Source: the human T2T-CHM13v2.0 reference genome, Homo sapiens
Strand: one strand, 5' to 3'
Length of the DNA: 64,000 bases
NCBI RefSeq assembly: GCF_009914755.1
Contig: NC_060932.1
Every line of letters starts with the position of its first letter. Position 1 is the stretch's first letter. Shown here piece by piece: positions 60,735 to 64,000 of this stretch. Made by a program: the position numbers and the translations under genes. Below the pieces are notes generated by a model. It had not been told where the DNA came from. It was given only the letters and a program-made list of their open reading frames with translations, and made no database searches.

Positions 60735-60860
60735 AGTCTAGGTGGTGCTTTACACAATTTTTATCATTTAATCCTCATTATAAATTCTACCAATAAAATA
60801 CTGCCGTTAATTTCATTTTGCAGATGGGAAAACTGTGGTACAGAAAAGAAATAAAACTCA
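60735..60860 (-). mobile_element. MIR fragment
   Basis: TCATTTAATCCTCA...CATTTTGCAGATGGGAAAACTG. Confidence 0.7.
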
Positions 60861-61294
60861 CGTAAAGTTTCCCATGATGCCTCTATTTCCTTCGTACCTA
60901 GGATCCTTTCTCATCTGTGGCACATTCTACACCAGAGTTAGTGGAAAAATCCATCTGTATAACTCAAATAACTCAACAGTTAACACTCAAGTGATTTCTG
61001 CTATGGCCTTGACTGATAGTTGTACAGGATGGTATAGAAAGTCTCCATGGTTTCTTGAGGAATTAAAGATAACTTTAGAGTTTTATGATATGTAAACATT
61101 ATGTTTTATGAACATACAGTTTTAATATTTTGTTTTCATGCATCCTGTAAGCATAAAGATTATCTCTGGTACTACTTTAACAAGTGGTTGTCAACTAGTG
61201 TGTCAAAGCATATTTTTGTTTTTCAATTTTTCATGGTGGGCCCCTAAATTTTGATCAAAGCATAACATTTATCTTTGCTTTAACTGAGATAAAT

Positions 61295-61540
61295 TACTTA
61301 CGGCGCTATTGGCTGGGGGAATCACGGAGGGAAATCCATCATTTGGAGTAACCAGCACAAATATGATCTTGTTGCAACTCATGTTAAAAAAAAAAATCCA
61401 AGAGTGACAATGAGCTGAAGTCAAAGAAAAAGGGCACCTACAGGAACAGCCAAAAAGGTGGCCTCACAGGTACCTGCCGGAGCGCCAGCAGCCAGGTTCA
61501 ACAGCACAGAGAGTGAACGCCAGAACAGTAAGAGAGCTGT
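61295..61540. promoter_or_regulatory. Candidate promoter/enhancer (CpG-retaining)
   Basis: ATTGG (reverse CCAAT) 61308-61312, two kappaB-like 10-mers (GGGGAATCAC, GGGAAATCCA) and several CpGs. Motif evidence only. Confidence 0.25.
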
Positions 61541-64000
61541 GGAGGATTCCTTTTTCAGTTTTCTGAAACTTTGTTTTTAAAGCATTGACCTATGAATTCC
61601 TTTTAAGTACAGTGTCAGAAATTCTAGAATATTCACTTCTATGTGTGAACCAAAAAGGTTAAGAACGACTGACAATCTAGCACTAAGAATATATTTTGTC
61701 TTTCATGCTATTCTCTCTGCATTTTTTGGTTTTCAAGAATAAACTTCTTTTTTTTTTTTTTCCAAACCAAAACCTTCTGGAAGTCAGGAACTCTGCTTCC
61801 TTGAATCCTGCTGGTATTATATGTGTGAAAGATGGAGCCGGCTGACAGAAGGCAGGTCCATTTTTGAAAGCCTGCACACTCTCCACTTAAAATAGGGCCT
61901 TTCAAGTTGCCTGAATCAGAAAGGCTAGGATTTGTTACAGCTGTGAAAGAATCCTAATAATGATGATAAATCTGTGAACAGGACAGGAAACTGTTTTAAT
62001 CAAGATGCCTGGATACAGCTGTTTGGCTTGCTCCTTCAGGCCTTGCTAAATCCCTGGATTCTTCCCAGCTCTCTGAGACCTGTCCTCCTGTAGCATCCTC
62101 CTTGACTTCTGATTCCCAAATTCTTTTTCTAATTTATGATCCATGACTTGCCCTATGAGTACAGGGAAACATTGGAGAAATGCTTTATCCTTTGCTACTT
62201 TAATATGCTCCAGTTGCCCTTTAGCCAAAAATGGTTCCGATGTGAATTAAAAAGAGTGAAGTTTTCTGCCAACATGTTATGATGGAACTAGCTGCAATCA
62301 TGTTCAATGTCTACTCTCGATTAAATTTCACTCTTTGGAAACCTACCTTGCTGTACTTTTTAGTTGTTATGATGAATGCCATGGTGCCTTAAAAGACAAC
62401 AGCATTAGATTTTTAAACTTGGTGTCTGTAATAGAGATGACACTCCGCTTGCTTTTAATCTCAGAACCTCTTGATATTGTGGAGTTTACTATTTAACAAG
62501 CCAATGGATTTCTCTGACTTCTTGGGCTGGAAAAAATCTTAGAGGTGATCAAGCCCCTCTTTTTAGAGAAGAGAAAGATGAGAATTAAGTAACTTGCCCC
62601 ACATCATTTGGTTAGTTCTGTAATTAACATCCAGGGCCTGATATTCCATCTCCATCTTCTTTCTACCATACCAAGCTACAAACAGGACCATTTCATGAAT
62701 TGATTTCATTGCTATCACTAATCATCAGCAGTGTAAAAGGAATTACCTGAAAGACAGACACTAAATGGCTTAATACCAAATAAATGAATAATTACGTTGT
62801 TTAAAAAAGTATACTGATACATTTAAGCACTGTGAAAAAAACCTGAGGTATGCAATCAATTATCTGGAAATTTCTGAACATTTGACATTATAGACTTGTA
62901 GGAGTACAGTACCCATTGGGTATTAGCACTTGGCTCAAATCTCTCTAATATTTCAAAGGAGAAGCAATCACTCCATGTTGGCATTTGACAGCAGGAAACA
63001 CATAAGGTGATTATATTTTAACTATGTCCTATTATTTATATTTCAAATGTCATTAGTTTATAAGAGATGGCCAAATATGTAAGTTGTTGTAATGTAATTA
63101 CAGTTTGGGAGTGAAATGAAATGATAAAGAAAAAATACATTAAAGAGACTGACTGTACCATATGGCTCTCAAAGTCAACCAAATCTCTTTTTGGACGACT
63201 CTCAAAGACCCTAAGAACTGGCTATTTTAAAAGAATATTTCACTTTGTAATGTAAAAGAAAGGTTCCTGATTTTGTCATTAAATGTAAATGTACTCAATA
63301 TTTGAATATAAGGCATTCCAGTTTCCATTTAAAGACATGGAGTAGAATTGCATCTTTTTTTTTTCCCCATAAAATGCAATTACGGAGAAAAGAAGAGCTT
63401 CTGAGTGAATTATTTGAAGTAGAAAATCTTAATCAACCTCTTTCAGGGAAAAGGAGCTCTACACTGGGTAACATCATAATTCTCAGGTTGCTACAGACAC
63501 AAACACACTATTAATAATGTGTTGTTTTCATTTTTTTCTCTTTGACAAAGATCACAAGTAAATATCCAACATTCTAAAACACATGGCCTAATTCTGCAAG
63601 CTGTTATAATGAAGTCCTTTGAATTATTATAAATGCTGGAACATTAAAAATTCATCAGCAAGGAGAGAGAGGTGCTTTCTATTTGTGGTGTTCTGAATTT
63701 AAACACAACCTGCTAAGAATGGCTGATTGTCCCAAGGAAGCACCGCTGACAGCCATCAGCAGGTCTGTGTAAATGGTGTATGGAAAAGGTAATAAGAGCT
63801 TCAGGAGTATATTTCAGCCCATATAATAAAGTAATTGTGAAAGTATAATTGCAGTCTGGTTCCATACCATATTAGGGGAAGAAATGAGATGGTAAGAAAA
63901 TATGAGATTCACGGAATTATTTTGTAAGCAATTTCTGCAATGACTCTCACAGAATAAGTAGAATTTGTCAGAAAAGCAATTTTAAAATGCACAACGATGT

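Overview
This is AT-rich primate genomic DNA, almost certainly human because it carries an AluYa5-type insertion. It looks intronic or intergenic. I found no protein-coding exon, RNA gene or host gene I can name with confidence, and nearly all listed ORFs are Alu-, microsatellite- or chance-derived. Repeats dominate: about 19 Alu/FAM copies (many with target-site duplications), a full-length MSTA-type MaLR (LTR-internal-LTR), a MER39/MER21-like solo LTR, old L1M, L2 and MIR fragments, and several microsatellites and polypurine tracts. The main structure these repeats do not explain is four short local duplications. One is a 122-bp, near-identical inverted repeat (20342-20463 / 21513-21634) whose right arm holds the stop codon of a 162-aa Kozak-initiated orphan ORF. 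The other three are older direct duplications of 144, 407 and 54 bp (about 88-91% identical by hand count). A repeat-poor block at about 24.9-26.2 kb and CpG-retaining blocks at about 60.4-61.55 kb are candidate regulatory or exonic regions. I see no evidence for a new biological system. Subfamily calls come from remembered consensus sequences, and boundaries of old repeats are approximate.
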